The notes under the pieces: model-generated
What the model was told of the DNA's origin: nothing
What the model saw: the letters and a program-made list of their open reading frames with translations, nothing else
Databases searched by the model: none
Shown: positions 1 through 16,989 of the stretch, piece by piece
Position numbering within the stretch: position 1 is the first letter of the stretch
Layout of the letters: the number at the start of each line of letters is the position of its first letter
Program-made: the position numbers and the translations under genes
Assembly: GCF_009914755.1 (NCBI RefSeq)
Contig: NC_060926.1
DNA from: the human T2T-CHM13v2.0 reference genome, Homo sapiens
Direction: 5' to 3' (one strand)
DNA length: 64,000 nt

Positions 1-1550
<1,550 letters not shown>

Positions 1551-1556
1551 AATTAG

Positions 1557-1890
1557 CTTTTTTTTTTCTTTTTTTCTTTTTAAGATGAAGTCTCGCTCTG
1601 TTGCCCAGTGAAGTCTCGCTCTGTCACCCAGGCTGGAGTGCAGTGGTGTGATCTCAGCTCATTGCAACCTCTGCAACCTGGGTTCAAGTGATTCTCCTTC
1701 CTCAGCCTCCTGAGTAGCTGGGATTACAGGCATGTGCCACCACACCCGGCTAATTTTTTGTATTTTTTTTTAGTGGAGACTGGGTTTTGCCATGTTGGCC
1801 AGGCTGGTCTCAAACTCCTGACCTCAGGTGATCTGTCCCCTTGACCTCCCAAAGTGCTGGGATTACAGGTGTGAGCCATTGCTCCCGGCC
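1557..1890 (-). mobile_element. AluS (AluSx-like) with internal 23-bp duplication
   Basis: Poly-T, then reverse Alu body ending CTCCCGGCC; target-site duplication CCCA(A/T)TTAGCTTTTT on both sides. Confidence 0.93.
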
Positions 1891-3609
1891 CCATTTAGCT
1901 TTTTTAGTCTCCCAGAGGTATGGATGATTTTGGGACTTACTTCAATGGACTGACTTTGCAAAGATGTTTTATATTTTGTTTTAACTCTCTGTGCCCTAGA
2001 CTTATCCTTTTGAATATGATTCAGTTAAATGAGTGTATATATAGTTTGAATAAAAAAATCTTGTTTTCCATCGTATTTTTTTTATAAGAAGGTAGGGCAC
2101 AGATAAACATATTTTTAAAATCTCTTTGTTTTCTTCCTTTCCAGTAAGAGCTGTTTGTGACAATAAGAGCTCATGCTTCCATGATGCTTCCTTTTGTGCT
2201 TTGATGATGGTCTCGCTGATGGTGGATTTCATTTTTCCCTGCCAGAGATATTACTACTACCAATTATGCAAAGGCTACACTGCCTGGATTCTGGATTCAT
2301 TTTGGCTACTCTCGTTTCTGTAAACATTTAAGCATAAGATCATTGCTAACGCTCCATGATAGATCTTTCAGCAGGTGGCATGGGTAGACCTACAGCCTAA
2401 CTGGTAGCTGTGTTTGTTTGTATTATTGTATGTATCCTAGATAGGTAGCTGTAAGGATACATACAAGAAGCTGACTCTTCTTGCTTCTCTATTGACCTCT
2501 CTCTTGTCTTGACTTTCCCATTTTGCATGGGAGCTTCATATACTAGAAGATTCATCAAAGAACCTAAGACCCTTCTTTTTGCCAAAGCTAGGGCAGCAAA
2601 CACCACCTCACAGTGGAATATTTCTTAGTCAATTCAGCAAATATTTATTTTAAGTCACTGTTTAGTTCCTGGGGCTCTAGTTCTGTGCATGTGTTCCCCT
2701 GGGCCCTGATAGCATGCTGAGGTGTTTAACACAATTATTAATCGGCTCTGGTCTGCAAGTCAGATGCAATGTTAATTAGCATTACTTCTTTGCCATTGCA
2801 TCCATACTGGCAATTCAGCTCCATGCCCTTACGCTCCGTGTCCTACTTGTGCTTTCCTTTTCTCCCTTTTAAAAAATAAGCCCAAAACCTGAAAGTATTC
2901 AGATATGTTCTCAGCAACAATGCCATAACCTTTTACTATTTAATACCAGCCTGATTGAAAAGCAATTTAGAAGTATCAGTCTTTTTCTGTAGGAATTTCA
3001 GTGTTTCTCACTGGGAGTTCTATAGTTAATAAAAGTCAAGTATTAAGCATATAGACTCATTGCCTAGAAGTAGTTGCCTATGTTTCCTAGGTATTGTTTA
3101 ACAGCCTCTTTTTCTTTTTTTCAACCAGGCCTTCAATGTTATTCTTTATCTGCCGTCACTCTGGCTACAGAGACACTGGGTGTTTTCTGTCTTAGCCCTT
3201 TCAAAAGATATTAATTCTTTTCTTCCTGGGGTTTGCCCTTTGTAATTTTTGTAAAAAGGCATCCTGCTAACCTTCTGTAATTATTACTTTTATTTCGTTT
3301 TATTTTTTTCTGGGAACTATATTTCTGTATCTGTAAGTTTCACCTGGAGGAACAGGTATTTCAAAATTACTTTCTTTTCCTTCCAATAACATTTTATTGT
3401 TTGCAGAGATATTTTCATCAGTGATACAGTGAGCACTGCATGAAGTTAATATCATTTTAAATTTAAATGTTTTGCAAACTCTCTTATTTCACATGTCAGG
3501 AGAAAACCTTTTGGAGGGTATTCGTGACAAAGAATGCTTGAGGGCTTTGCATTATTAATCACTTCTTTGATCTTGATTTTAAAAATCTGATGAAAGAGTT
3601 AGATCTATT

Positions 3610-4120
3610 ACTTCCCCCGGTATTTTCTATCCTGGTTAATAGCATGACCATTTAGCGAGTACCTAACCAGAAAGTTGATAGTCATCCTGGATAACTCCTT
3701 CAACCTCACTGCCTACATTCAAATAGACATTAAAGTTCATAGGGTCTTGCCCTCTAATCCATCAATATTGTCCTTTTAATTTCTTCTGCTATTTTCCAGT
3801 GTAGGCAATAAGTAATACTTTTTTTCCCTTCAAATTCTTTGTTGATCTCCTAATTGGAACTTCATCCCAGGTAGTCTGGCCTCACCCAAATCATTCTCCA
3901 CACTATTACCAGATCAATCTGTCCACCACCAATCAGTTTCTGTTACATCTGTGGCTCCACATAGAATAAATTTCAAATCCTTCTTACGGCATGGGAGATT
4001 TCCCATGCAACTCCTGCATGTCATGTTGGACTCAGCTTTTGCTACTCTGGGCCTCATATCCTGTGCTCACATCCTTCTACTACAGGAAGATAGAACTAAT
4101 TTTATTTTCCTGAACATGTC
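3610..4120 (+). mobile_element. L2 fragment
   Basis: Pyrimidine-rich L2-like motifs (GTCATCCTGGATAACTCC, CATTCTCCACACT, AAATTTCAAATCCTT); approximate. Confidence 0.55.
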
Positions 4121-4599
4121 AGCAGCCTAAGATTTTTGGTTCTCTGAATTGAAGCTGCTTACTACGTCCACTGTGACTCCACAGACATCAATCTCAGCCA
4201 TTATTTGGCATAATAAATGAGGGGTGTGTGAATTAATATTACTTTCATTTGTTTATTAGGATAGATACACATTTTATGTAATGGTTGCAGCCACAGTTAT
4301 GTGCCTGGAGTGGAGAAGGTCAAATGAGCACAGAGCTGATGTTAATCTGGTGTGTAGCAGTTCATCTGTATCAGTTATTCATATTAACATGCTTCTAATC
4401 CAGTTCCTTCGAAGGCTGCTGAGCTATTCCAACCAATCTGACCCTCCCTAGGATCATCTGGATCTCTCTGTAACCCAGGAGCCAAAGAATGAGTGCATAG
4501 ACTAGAAGGAGACTTCTGGGACCCAAAGAAGGAAAAATCACTCTGGGGTATAAATTACTGAAAACATTACCAGGCCCACAGTTAGTATCTTTAAAAAAA

Positions 4600-5615
4600 C
4601 TTTTTTTACATTTATAGATAAAATTACATCTTTACTGTGTACAACATGATGTTTTAAAGTATTAGACATCGTGGAATGACTTAATACAGCTAATTAACAT
4701 ATACATCAGTTCGCATAGTTATCATTTTTGAGTGAGAACACTTTACATCCACTTTCTTAGTATTTTTCAAGAATGCAATAAATTATTGACTATAGTCACC
4801 ATGCTGTACAGTAGATCACTTGAAATTATTCCTCCTGTCTAACTGAAATTTTGTATCCTTTGACAGACATTTCCTTCTCCTTCCCAATCCCCTCAACTCC
4901 TGGTAACCACCTTTCTCCTCTCTAAGTAGAAATAAACTTTTTTTTTAAGATTTCATATATGAGTACGATCATGCAGTATTTATCTTTCTGTGCCTGACTT
5001 ATTTCATTTAGTGTAATGTCCTCCAGGTTCATCCACGTTGTGACAAGTGACAGGATTTCCTTCGTTTTTAAGGCTGAATAGTATTCTGTTGTATATATAG
5101 ATAGCACATTTTCTTTATTCATCCATTCATGGACACTTAGGTTGTTTCCATATCTTGGCTATTATGACTAATGCTGCAGTTAACATGGGAGTGCAGATAT
5201 CTCTTTGACATACTGATTGTGTTTAATTTTAATGTATACCCAGTAGTGGGATTGCTGAATCATATGTAGTCCTACTTGTAATTTTTTGAAGGAACTTCAT
5301 ACTGTTTTCCATAATAGCTATACTTATTTGCATTCCCACCAGCAGTGTGCAAGGGTTCCCATCTCTCCATATTCTTGCCAACACATCTTTTGTCTTTTTG
5401 ATAATAGTCATTTTAAAAGGCATGAGGTGATCTCATTGTGGTTTTAATTTGTATTTTTCTCTTGATTAGAACTGTTCAGCATTTTTGCATAAATCCTTTG
5501 CTATTTGTATGTCTTCTTTTTAAGAAATGTCTATTCAGGTCCTTTGCTCATTTTTCAATTGGGTTGTTTCCTTGCTATTGAGATGTTTGAGTTATTTCTA
5601 TATTTTGGATATTCA
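4600..5615 (-). mobile_element. L1MA-type LINE 3' end (L1MA8/9-like)
   Basis: Reverse L1 3' UTR and ORF2 C-terminus (minus ORFs read YYSALKTKEILSLVTTWMNLEDITLNEISQAQKDKY and YDSAIPLLGI). Confidence 0.88.
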
Positions 5616-6470
5616 CCCAGCATTTTAGGAACTCACATTAGCCAGTTTTATTAATCTTTTAATGGACAGCACTTAGGGTAGTGCTAACGTGGTAGGAGCT
5701 TAGTGATTGAGAGCTGTTATGTCAAAAACAGGCCTTCAAGAAGTCCTCTGCCTGCCGAGGAGTCTGTACATAGGCTACAATCCTTCACCACATGTGACGC
5801 AGAGAGTAGTCGCCTCCTGGTCCAGATTTCTCCTTCTTATTTCTTTCATCTTTTATGATTTAATCTCTCTTTTATCTTTTTATCTATTTAATCTTTTGCC
5901 ATTATCTTATAATGCTTTCATTAGCACTGAGATGTGTTTCATGTGTCAGGGCCCCCACTTCTATTTGCTGGCAATTTTATTCTTTCCTAATGTGACTGCT
6001 TCAAGTTAAGTGCAGAATCTTTGCCCAGCAAATTGTTAAGTAAGCTTTATGATCTTCCATAATTTCCACAGAGCCCCTTCTGCCAATTGTATTCTCTATG
6101 TGGGACTGGTGTCACGATTTTCTAGGTACTGTAGCATACTATATGTCTCTATCTCAAGAACTCTTTCCTTTGGACCACTGCCCTGTGCCTGCCCACAGCG
6201 TATTCTCTTTCTGCTAGTGTTGTTACAGTAGGATGATATGGGTATTTTCAATTCTGTTTCTTTTATTGGAGTAATTTCTTATTTGGGGGTGGAAATGTGG
6301 CTGCCTTTATACTTAGACCACTTGAGGGCTGAAGCTTAAGGAGTTTCCTTCTAAATCCTTTCAAGCTCCAAATCCTGTGGGCAACATGTCCTCATATGCA
6401 AAATCTGCTATAGAGCTGTCACCAGAAATTTTGCTTTGTAGTTTCCCAACATAGTTCTCTTTCTCTAAAT

Positions 6471-6693
6471 CAGGGTTTCTCAACTTCAGCTATAGCGACA
6501 TTTTGGGCTAGATAATCCTTTCTTTGTGAGGGGTCTGTCCAGTGCATTTTAAGATATTTGGCAACATCCTTGGCCTCTACCCACTAAATGCCAGTAGAAA
6601 CTGCATAGTTTTGACAAGTAAAAATGTCTGCAGGCATTTTTGCCAAATGTTTTCTCTTGGGGGCCAAATCACCCCCGCCCCCAATGAGAACTG
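6471..6693 (-). mobile_element. MER20 (hAT-Charlie DNA transposon)
   Basis: CAGGGTTTCTCAAC...GACATTTTGGGCTAGATAAT...GGCCTCTACCCACTAAATGCCAGTAG...TGAGAACTG. Confidence 0.85.
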
Positions 6694-6769
6694 ACACTCT
6701 CAATAATAAACATTCGGACATAAATTGACAAGTTATAAAATATGTTGACAAGCAAAGCAAAAACATTAA

Positions 6770-7040
6770 TGATAAGGACAGCAAATGCTTATAGAGCACT
6801 TATGTGGGCCAGACACTGTTTTAAAAGCTCTTTCCATGTAAGTTTCCAAGCCCATAGAGTGACCGTACCATTTTACCATTATTATTTACACTGTATAGAT
6901 GAGGAAACTAAGGCACAGAAAGGCCATATAGCTTGTCCAAAGTCATGCAGCTTGTCCAAAGTCATGCAGCTCATAAGTGTCAGATCAAGAATTTAAACTC
7001 CGGCACTGCGACCCTGGAGTCTGTGATTTGAACTCACTGT
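6770..7040 (-). mobile_element. MIR SINE
   Basis: Core GATGAGGAAACTAAGGCACAGA and CTTGTCCAAAGTCA. Confidence 0.8.
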
Positions 7041-10000
7041 GTTTCTCTTTCAACAAAAATTCGTTGGAATAGGTATCTATATGGCATTGCATGCAATATC
7101 ACGTCTGATAGTTACTAAATTAATGTTTGTTAAGTGAATAAATGAATGACTATACATCCAGGAAATTACTTATTATTTTACATCAGCATTGAATAGATTC
7201 TTTAGTTAATTTAAATGAAAAATGCACTTTTCTTTGGATATAACCAACTAAATATTAACATTAGAGTAAGGCAAGAGGGTCTTAGCATTTCTAAGCCTAT
7301 GCACAAGAATCTCTTGGAGAGGGTTTGCCAAGGTGACCTTTAAAATCTCTTCTAATCAGAGCTTTTATTTATTTGCTAGGACAGTTTTACAATATGTCAG
7401 AATGAAGATTGGCCAAACTGAACAAAATATTATTTCCCTGATGAGATTAAGCAAAGTATCTGCCTTGCCCTGTAATAAGGGAAAACTGAATTTATCCTCC
7501 CCCTTAAACTAGGCATACACTCTGATGAGGTATTAAATATTATATGATAGTTTAACCAAGTTCAGGAATTATAAAAAATTAAGCATCTTTAAGTAACAGG
7601 AAACCACTTTAGCTGATCAATCTTCAGGCTTCCGTAGTTGGCCTTCTATAGTGAATGAGAGGGCTGGGGTCTCAAATTTGTTATAAGTGCATTACATCTG
7701 ATTTATATCAAAGTGAGAAACTATTTTATGTAACACTACAGTATTACTCTATTGAATGTGAGTTTTAGTCATTTGGAAATATTTATATAGTGCATATATA
7801 TTTTTATATATACACATACATATGTACATATATGTATATGTATATATTCAATAAGAAACTCAGTATATTTGTTTTCCATTTTTCTGGCGTGCAAACAAAA
7901 CTTTTTTTAGGAAGAATTTTCATTAAATTAAAAAATTTCCTTGACTTCATTACTAATTAAAACATTATAAAGGATTTTTCTAGGAGCTTTATTTTTTAGG
8001 TAATTTTCCCTACTGCAGAGATCACACATCAAATTCTGAGTGATCATCGTTTTGTGATTCATGTATTTTAGATAACATATAATATTGGACATTTCTTAGT
8101 GTTTTTCATTATTTCTATGAGGAACAGTAACACTTAATTCACGCAAATTTGAGAAAAGAAACACGACAGTGTAAAAAAGTTAAATGGTCTATTTTTTTGC
8201 AAAATTGGTTTTTATTCCCTTCATTTACATATATAGCTCATTGTGAGCAATAAGGGAAAGATAAACTATAATGTCTTAGAGAATGTTGTACGTCTTTAAA
8301 TAAATAGATGAGAACTATTTATTATTAGAATGGTCGTAGTTTGAAGAGAAAATGTTGCAGATGTAGTTGTTCAAAACTTCATGTTGATTTCATGTTTAAG
8401 TACAGAGAATTTTATACCCTGTTGAAGTTTGAAGAACTAACCAGAATCTGACCCCGAAAGTCCTGAGGACTAAAGGCTATGACTCATGCTAAACCCATGC
8501 AAATGTCCATATGTGAATTCATTTGCCCATCTTTATGCCTTTCAAAGTCAGCAAGGTAAAAGTCTTCAAGTCAGGCTGACTTATTCTTCTTAGCTTAAAA
8601 CATAGGTCACTTCATACTTTATTACTGAGGTTTCCAACAAATAGTTCTTGGGGACTTTTTCTGTTCATCATTCAAGAGGAACCTTTATGTGTGTCTGAAG
8701 TTCGCTGAGATGCCTGGTGAGTGAGAAGTACAGTTCGGATTTCCCATTTCCCCCTTTTTCTTCTTTTCAGTACTTGATTTTCACTCTTCTTTCCTCCTCA
8801 CAAATTTTTGAAATACTTCGTTTTCTGAAAAACCCTACACTATTACCTCTATAGAAGTTTCCAGAGTTTTCAAGGAATAAAAACTATTGACTAGTACAGT
8901 TATAGCGAAACTTAAAGAGACTCAGTGATTCATACTTCTTCATATTCTTTTATGATTTCTGTGAGTACTTACCACAGAGTAAGTAATCTATAATTTACTT
9001 CTCACACAATGGGAGTGTTAGGGTCATTCAGGGATTCTTTTTCACAAACTTGGAATTTTAGAAAACTACAGAAAACAAAACTAAGTGAAACAGAATTCCT
9101 CAGAAAATAGGAAGTGACGATCTTAAGACTGTTTGGAATTGTTCTCCCAATTAGTGACCAGAATCTGAGTTCCACCATTTTGAGCCCCCAAGTTGCCAGA
9201 AACAAGTTTAACGACTGAATTACTGAAGGCTTCTTACGTTTTATGAAACTGTCTTCAGCAAACACTGTAATTGGTGATTGTAGGCCCTGCGAAACACTAA
9301 GCCTTCATTAGTGTATAAATACCATTTTGATGTAGTTTATTTGAAAGTTAATGATGATGGCTGGCCCAGAACACACTTTTCTATATACCTAGATTAAAAA
9401 AATATATATGCTGACATGGGGAGAAAATTAATTAATCCTGGTTCTAAAAGAGTGCCTTTTCCTTTAAAATGGTTATATCATCAGTTTATTCTTCCACAAA
9501 GATCTGGCCCCTGTTTATTGTTCCCCCTTATGAGATTAATAATACTATAAAATACATATTTAATATATTTTAAAGGAACATTTTATAATACTTAAAGTAT
9601 AGCTATTGTTTTATGTAGTATCTACTTTCTGAAAGTTGGAAATTATTGTGAGTTCTCTACATAGTAGCTAAATGGCGCTCATGCCAGCTGGCTTCTAAGT
9701 TGGCATAGATCCTACCTTAGATTTCATGGGTATGATGATAAGCTTTGTTACAATGGAGAGGAATTGGGATTTAGCCTTGCTACACATTAAGAAAGAATGA
9801 AAGTAGAATGCCTATATGTTTTACTCAGTTGTTAAATCCAAAAAGGATAAGATCTGAGAGGTGCATGTTATGGAAATAATCAAATTCAGATACTAGATCT
9901 CCTTATTTGTAAAAATAATTATAAAATTTGCATTACTCATTAATGATCATCTCAGAAATAGAATTATGCAGATTGGGGTGGGAGGTGAGTATTAAGCTGT

Positions 10001-11301
10001 GAATCATGTTATAAATTTTTGGAGATAATTCTTTTGATGATGGAAACAAATTAGACACTACACATGGACTAATTATCAAAAGAGCAATGTTCAAATTAAT
10101 GTTGCTATGATGAAATTATCATTATGACCCAAGTGCAAATATATAATTGCCTCTGTTATACGTGAGAAGTAGAGTATGTGTGACTTATTTTTATAGGTCA
10201 CTGGTGCCAATTTAATAGGTTCAGAAAAGAGTTTTGTGAGTACCAACTACTGGTCATTATTTCTTCTCTTTCTTACTTCACTTAAGACCATGGTGCATTT
10301 TCTTTTTTCAACCTCCAAAAGTTAGAGAAGAGTGAAAATTGGACCAGTACTATTCAGATATAGGCCGCTAACTTCAACAAAAATGAATTGATGAGAATTA
10401 AAATTTTATGTTCTTATTTTCAGTCTTCTAAAGTCAACCTCAACATTTAGACACTAGAATTTTGGGACCATTTTGCGTATTTTCCATAATTAAAATTATT
10501 AAATTATTAAAATTATTTTCTTATTCCTTGGGACATTATATTCTTAGTTATAGGTCTCTGTGAAAGTTGGCAGGAGAGGAAATCATGTTCTAATAAGTTC
10601 ATTTTGTTTCTGATCATTTTAATAGGATTATACAGTTTGGTGATGGAAAAAGCTAAAATTAAGGACTTTTTTCTTTTCAGTTATGTGATGCCTCTAGTTC
10701 TAATAAATACATAAAAATTTAGTTAACTTATGAATACAAAGTTTGATGATTATGTAGATTTTTCTATGTAAAATATTTATTTTAATGCAGTGATGACCTT
10801 TTAGCTCATTACATTCTCTTCAACATGCAGAAATTTTGTTAAAAATTTGATGCAGTTTTAATTTTCTCAGTATTATTGAATATGTATACCCAAATTTCAC
10901 TTCTTAACAAAAGGGCATAGTGCTCCCAATTGTATTTCAAATAACTTTTGTTAAGTTCTGAAGTTATGTAGTTTATTTCTGTATAATATCCAGGTAAAGC
11001 ATATTATTATTTTATGCTGGTAAAACCCATAAAATAAAGTTGTTTAAATACCTTCAAGTTTTTTCTGTAATTTTGACTTTATCGTCTACTTTTTGATAGA
11101 ATTTATAATGTAGTTATATGTTTACCAGAAACTTAAATCAGGATTAGGTCTAATATGTAGGACTTCAGATTGTTTTTATTTTTATTTTTTCCCTAGCTAC
11201 AGGTGCATGTTACAGCTTGCCATTGTGGTCATTGTGGTTCATCTCATTAAGCTTCATGTTCTATCTGCTTTCTTGAGACTTGGGAAACAGTATTTTTCTG
11301 A

Positions 11302-11514
<213 letters not shown>

Positions 11515-13489
11515 TGACTTCTGTTGCTAGAGAAAAAGTTATACTGGGGGGTAGAAAACAAGTTCATACACATGAAAGAAAGTTGTATGTCTAAGTCTGG
11601 GGAGGGAGGATGGGAGTAGAATTTTTCACCTCCTAAACAGTTTTCTTGTTTTTTTCCCCCACATCTGGGGGTGAAAGTTGAGCAACCGCATGCAGGAGAG
11701 AAGAACAAAAGTACCCTGGACATTTCATGATAAAAGGAGTTTAGGTCAGTGGTCTTGAAAATCATGTCTCTAGACAAGCTCAGAAAAGTACTCCTTTGCC
11801 CTTTAAAATTGTCTACTGACTGAGAGGTGATGCATGCACTGTGTGATCATGTGTAGCTTGAAAACAAGCCACTTAATCTGGAAATCACATTTCCAGTTTT
11901 AGTAAGATTTTTCTCTTTTTAAATTCCCTGTTTGGCTCAGTAGCATATTTTTTTAAATAGTTCAGTGAAAATGTATTAGTCGACTGAGAGTATATGTAAA
12001 TTGAACCCTCATAATTCTCCAAATATTGGTCTGATTCTGCTAAGCGCATAGAAAACTAACCTTTTATTTTATAGTACTAAATGAGATATAGTAGAATGAG
12101 GTGCTTCATTCTGTTATTGCAGTCTAGAAAAATTATTTAACATCTGTTGGAAGTAAACTTCACCAGGCACTTGGTTACCTTTGTGGCTTCACAAAAACAA
12201 AATAAAATATAAGCCTTGATCTTTCTGGTTGATTTGTAGTCCATGGCTCCCAAAGCTAGTTTGAAGTATAACATTCATCCCTAAATGATGAATTTCCCCC
12301 CACTGTATACTCCAGGCAAAATACTATTGTAGCCCCCATCCCATTTTTTAAAGAAAACTACTTTCATAAAAAAAAAAAAAGTGTGTTTTTTAATAGATAT
12401 GGCCAGAACAGGACTTTGTTTACATTTAAACAATGGAAAATGGCTCAGATGATTTGGTTTAAGGATGTTGTTTACATTGATTTTTAGAAGTTCTCTGAAA
12501 CCAAAATGCCCTGAACGATAGAGGCCCATGCCCAAGCAAAAGGATGGTATTATTGATACGCTTATCTTTTTACCAGGTCTGGAAAGAGAACCTTTGAAGC
12601 AGAAAGGCTGGGCAGAAAAGGATTTGAAAGTAAAAACAGGAAGGAAGTAGCTCAGAGTGGGAAGGTTTATTGCCTTCTAAATTAGAGGAAATATGACTTC
12701 TAAGTCAGAGGAAATATGGCACTGCAATGGTGGGTCCTAAACAAGAGTTTGAAGCGAATTCTGTATAACCTGAGAAATCTTTTGAAAAGCATTCATAAGA
12801 GTGGTACCAGGAGGAAAAGAGAAGAGTAGAGGACCAGGGTTACTCAGGAAAGAGGAGCTTCCTTTTATAACTCCTTAATTTTGGAACCATTTGATTCCAA
12901 AGGATCCAAAGTATAGAGGAAGAAGATGTCCAAAATATGAGGGTGGGTGAAGGGTGTGTCCCTTAACCATCTTTTAACTTCAGATAATTTCCCTTCCATT
13001 AGATGTATTAGGCATTATTGTTTCTGATTTGATCTGGTTTATAAATACAGGAAAACAAATGTTTTAATTTCCTTTCCCACAGGGGATTGGGTCTGTTCTA
13101 ATTGACAATCCTGTTTCATCACCTGCTGTACATTTTAGTTTTAGTAGCAATGGAGGACAGAAACTGAGGAAGCCACGTACATGCCATATTCTACTGCTTC
13201 CTCTCCTTGTTGGCCAGTGAGGCTGGGTGCAGGACCTGACTGGATTATAGAACTCTTTGAGCAGGGAAAAGAATGTGGCCTCAGTAGGCTAGTGAGGTGG
13301 CAGGGGGAGCCTTTGAGGACATAGGAGAAATGACAGCAAGAAAGAAAGGGAGAAAATCTTCCAAATTGCAAAAATAATAATCTGCAATAATAACATTAAG
13401 TTAATAATAATAAACTTTCCTTATAAAGCATGGTTTACATGTAATCCATACCTATAATTGCTGGGTGCAGTTTTCTCTTCTTATCTCTA

Positions 13490-13835
<346 letters not shown>

Positions 13836-14791
13836 TCATGATACACCTTCAGTGACTCCTCTTCGGGGTGTTAGATTGATAGAATCAACTTGAATGGAGC
13901 AATTACTAATCAATTAGACATGAAAAATTCTGTAAATAGGTTGATAGGCAGAAATTAAAATTTCAGGTTCTCTAATAGTGTAATGATCTACATAAAAATA
14001 GATTTGGAAAATTCCCATGTGACTGCTTTTTCTAGGAGAGTAGATAACTGATACTCTCTTTTTCTTTACTGATCCATTAGTCTTCCCCCAAGCACCCTTT
14101 AGAAAAAGTACAGATCCTTAGGGGAAATTTCCAGTGCTTGTACAGAAGAATGTGGCCTGCACATGTCAAATTAATCATGTACAGGTTCTAGTTTCTCACC
14201 AATTAAGTTGAAGAACCACTAAACTAAAAATATGTAGTTTATATCTATTCTGTTTTTCATCTTTAAAAAGAGCAGAAAAGATCAATTTTCAGTTTTTAAA
14301 GAAAACGTTGAATTTGGATAAATCTTTTTTGAAAATGCTTTATTATAGGTCTTTCCCTCAAAGAAGGGTTTTATAAGAGACACAGTTTCTCCAACACAAG
14401 AATGTGATGTGTCTGCATATTCTGAGACATATGGAATATGGCATTTGGCTTGCTGAGTGAGCATGTTTAACTCAGCTATGGAGTAACTCATGAATTTCCT
14501 ACTCTTAAGTATCTTTGAGTTTCAAAAATCATTCTTGAAATGTGTTTAAGGGCCATTCCTTGGGGGTGGGGCATTTCAGAGATGGCATCTGACAATGTAT
14601 TGAAGTGGCTCTTCTTTATGTTTTCTTGCTGGTCAAGCAGCAAGTGTGTTCCAATGAACAGATTGATAGCATTGTAGACTAGGTTAGGAAAAAGTAACAA
14701 AATGGCTAATTCTCATTTGGTAGTGAAATTGAATATTGAATGACATCTTTGTAGTTATAAACGACTTTTGTTTTAATAACAAAGTTGTTGA

Positions 14792-14983
<192 letters not shown>

Positions 14984-16610
14984 TAGTCTAGTAGTCCTCA
15001 CAGTCTTGCTTGAACCATAGATATTTTATTTTTTGACTCCTTATGGTGTAACTTTTTAAATCTTAATTTTTGAAGTATGATTTTTATTGTTCTAAACTGA
15101 CAATGAGTTTGAGTACTTATGGTTGAATCTCTAGTTTTATCGTTTTGTTTTGAGAATGTGATTCATATCTATCGGCATCGAAGTTACAGTCTGTGCATGT
15201 ATATCCATATTTGTAAAAAATTGTGATAGGTATTTTATGTGCAATGTTTGTAGCGTGGATGTCTTCAAATATAGGAAGTTAATAGTTGGTCATAATATGG
15301 AAGGATACCACAGTATTCTTTCTTGATGCAATTGAAGTACATTATGCAACTTAAATAAAATATTGAAATAAATAAAAACCTACTCTTTCCTCTTCTAAGT
15401 AGAAATTGGGTTCTCAAACTCCAGTTAATGCCCCGTTATAGAATAATAGAAAACAGATATATGGTGTTATACATAAAGCTACTTTACTTTTGTGTCTTCC
15501 TTCACATTTTGCAGTGATTTCACAAAAAATTGCCTAAAATTTGTCATCTATTTTCTTTACCAATAATGAGCTTTCCAATAAGTAAAACTAATGAAAAATC
15601 AGGACTATAGGTACAATTAATAATAAATAAACAATATAAATATTTACTTATCTCAAAGAAGAAACTAACACAGGTGATAAAAATCATCTTACAAATTGAG
15701 ATGGTTTCTTGAAATTTTATCAGTTTCAATGTATGAAGCACTGTCTAACAAATCTATCTATAATTTCTAACATGTAGCTTTGATCAAACCTTTCTGACCC
15801 ATAAAACAGGTAGAGTGCTTCCGATCTGCTTTTACCATGTGAGTTTCACAACTCTTCTTAAAATTGTTTCAATTTCAAAATGATTTATCATCAGCCTGGA
15901 GATGCACTCCTCTTTTGGAGTGGGCCACACTTTCTGTGGCATGCACAAAACAAATACATAGATGAGAACTTCAAAATGTTTATTTCACTTTGAGATGATG
16001 AAGTTTTAGCAGAAGATTTTGCTCCCTCAGGATATTTTGCTTTAGCTTATACAAAATGAATTTGCTTTTCCTAAACATATACTGATTATTGATGAGGGAA
16101 GGCAGGGCAACCATGCTAGTGGCCACTGACAGTGCACTTGGCATTTTCTGTCTTTGTTGGAATAATTCACAAAGTGAGCAACTGAGAGGAATTCCTGGGA
16201 AGGCACAGCCAGTGTGAGGGGGCACTGCTTTGCCTCTAGTGGGTGTTGGTTTATGGACTGTTGAATATCTTGTTCTCTGTGGCAGCACTTGGATGAACTT
16301 TAGCATGAATCAGGCACTAGCTATCTGAAAAGCATTTTAAAAGTAGAAAATGGACCAGAGATTGGCTTCAATCTTGTAGTATTATAGCATCTGCACACAC
16401 TCCAACAGCAGCAACTTGTCCTCCTATTCAAACTGTTTGAAAGCCATTTCAGCCTGTTGCCTTATTAAATGGCAATTGCTATTTGAATCAGATCAGCATA
16501 GTGAGTCACACTGAAATATTTTCCAGATTTCTCAAAGCAGCTGTTAGTGTGGCCTAAAAGGAAGGGGAGGGCAAGGAAGAGCTCCTCAATTTTCTCTGAA
16601 TTTAGTTCTA

Positions 16611-16989
<379 letters not shown>

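Noticed and set aside
16228-16245. CTCF-like motifs (also near 48411-48428)
   Set aside because: Both lack bases of the core CCACYAGRKGGC spacing.
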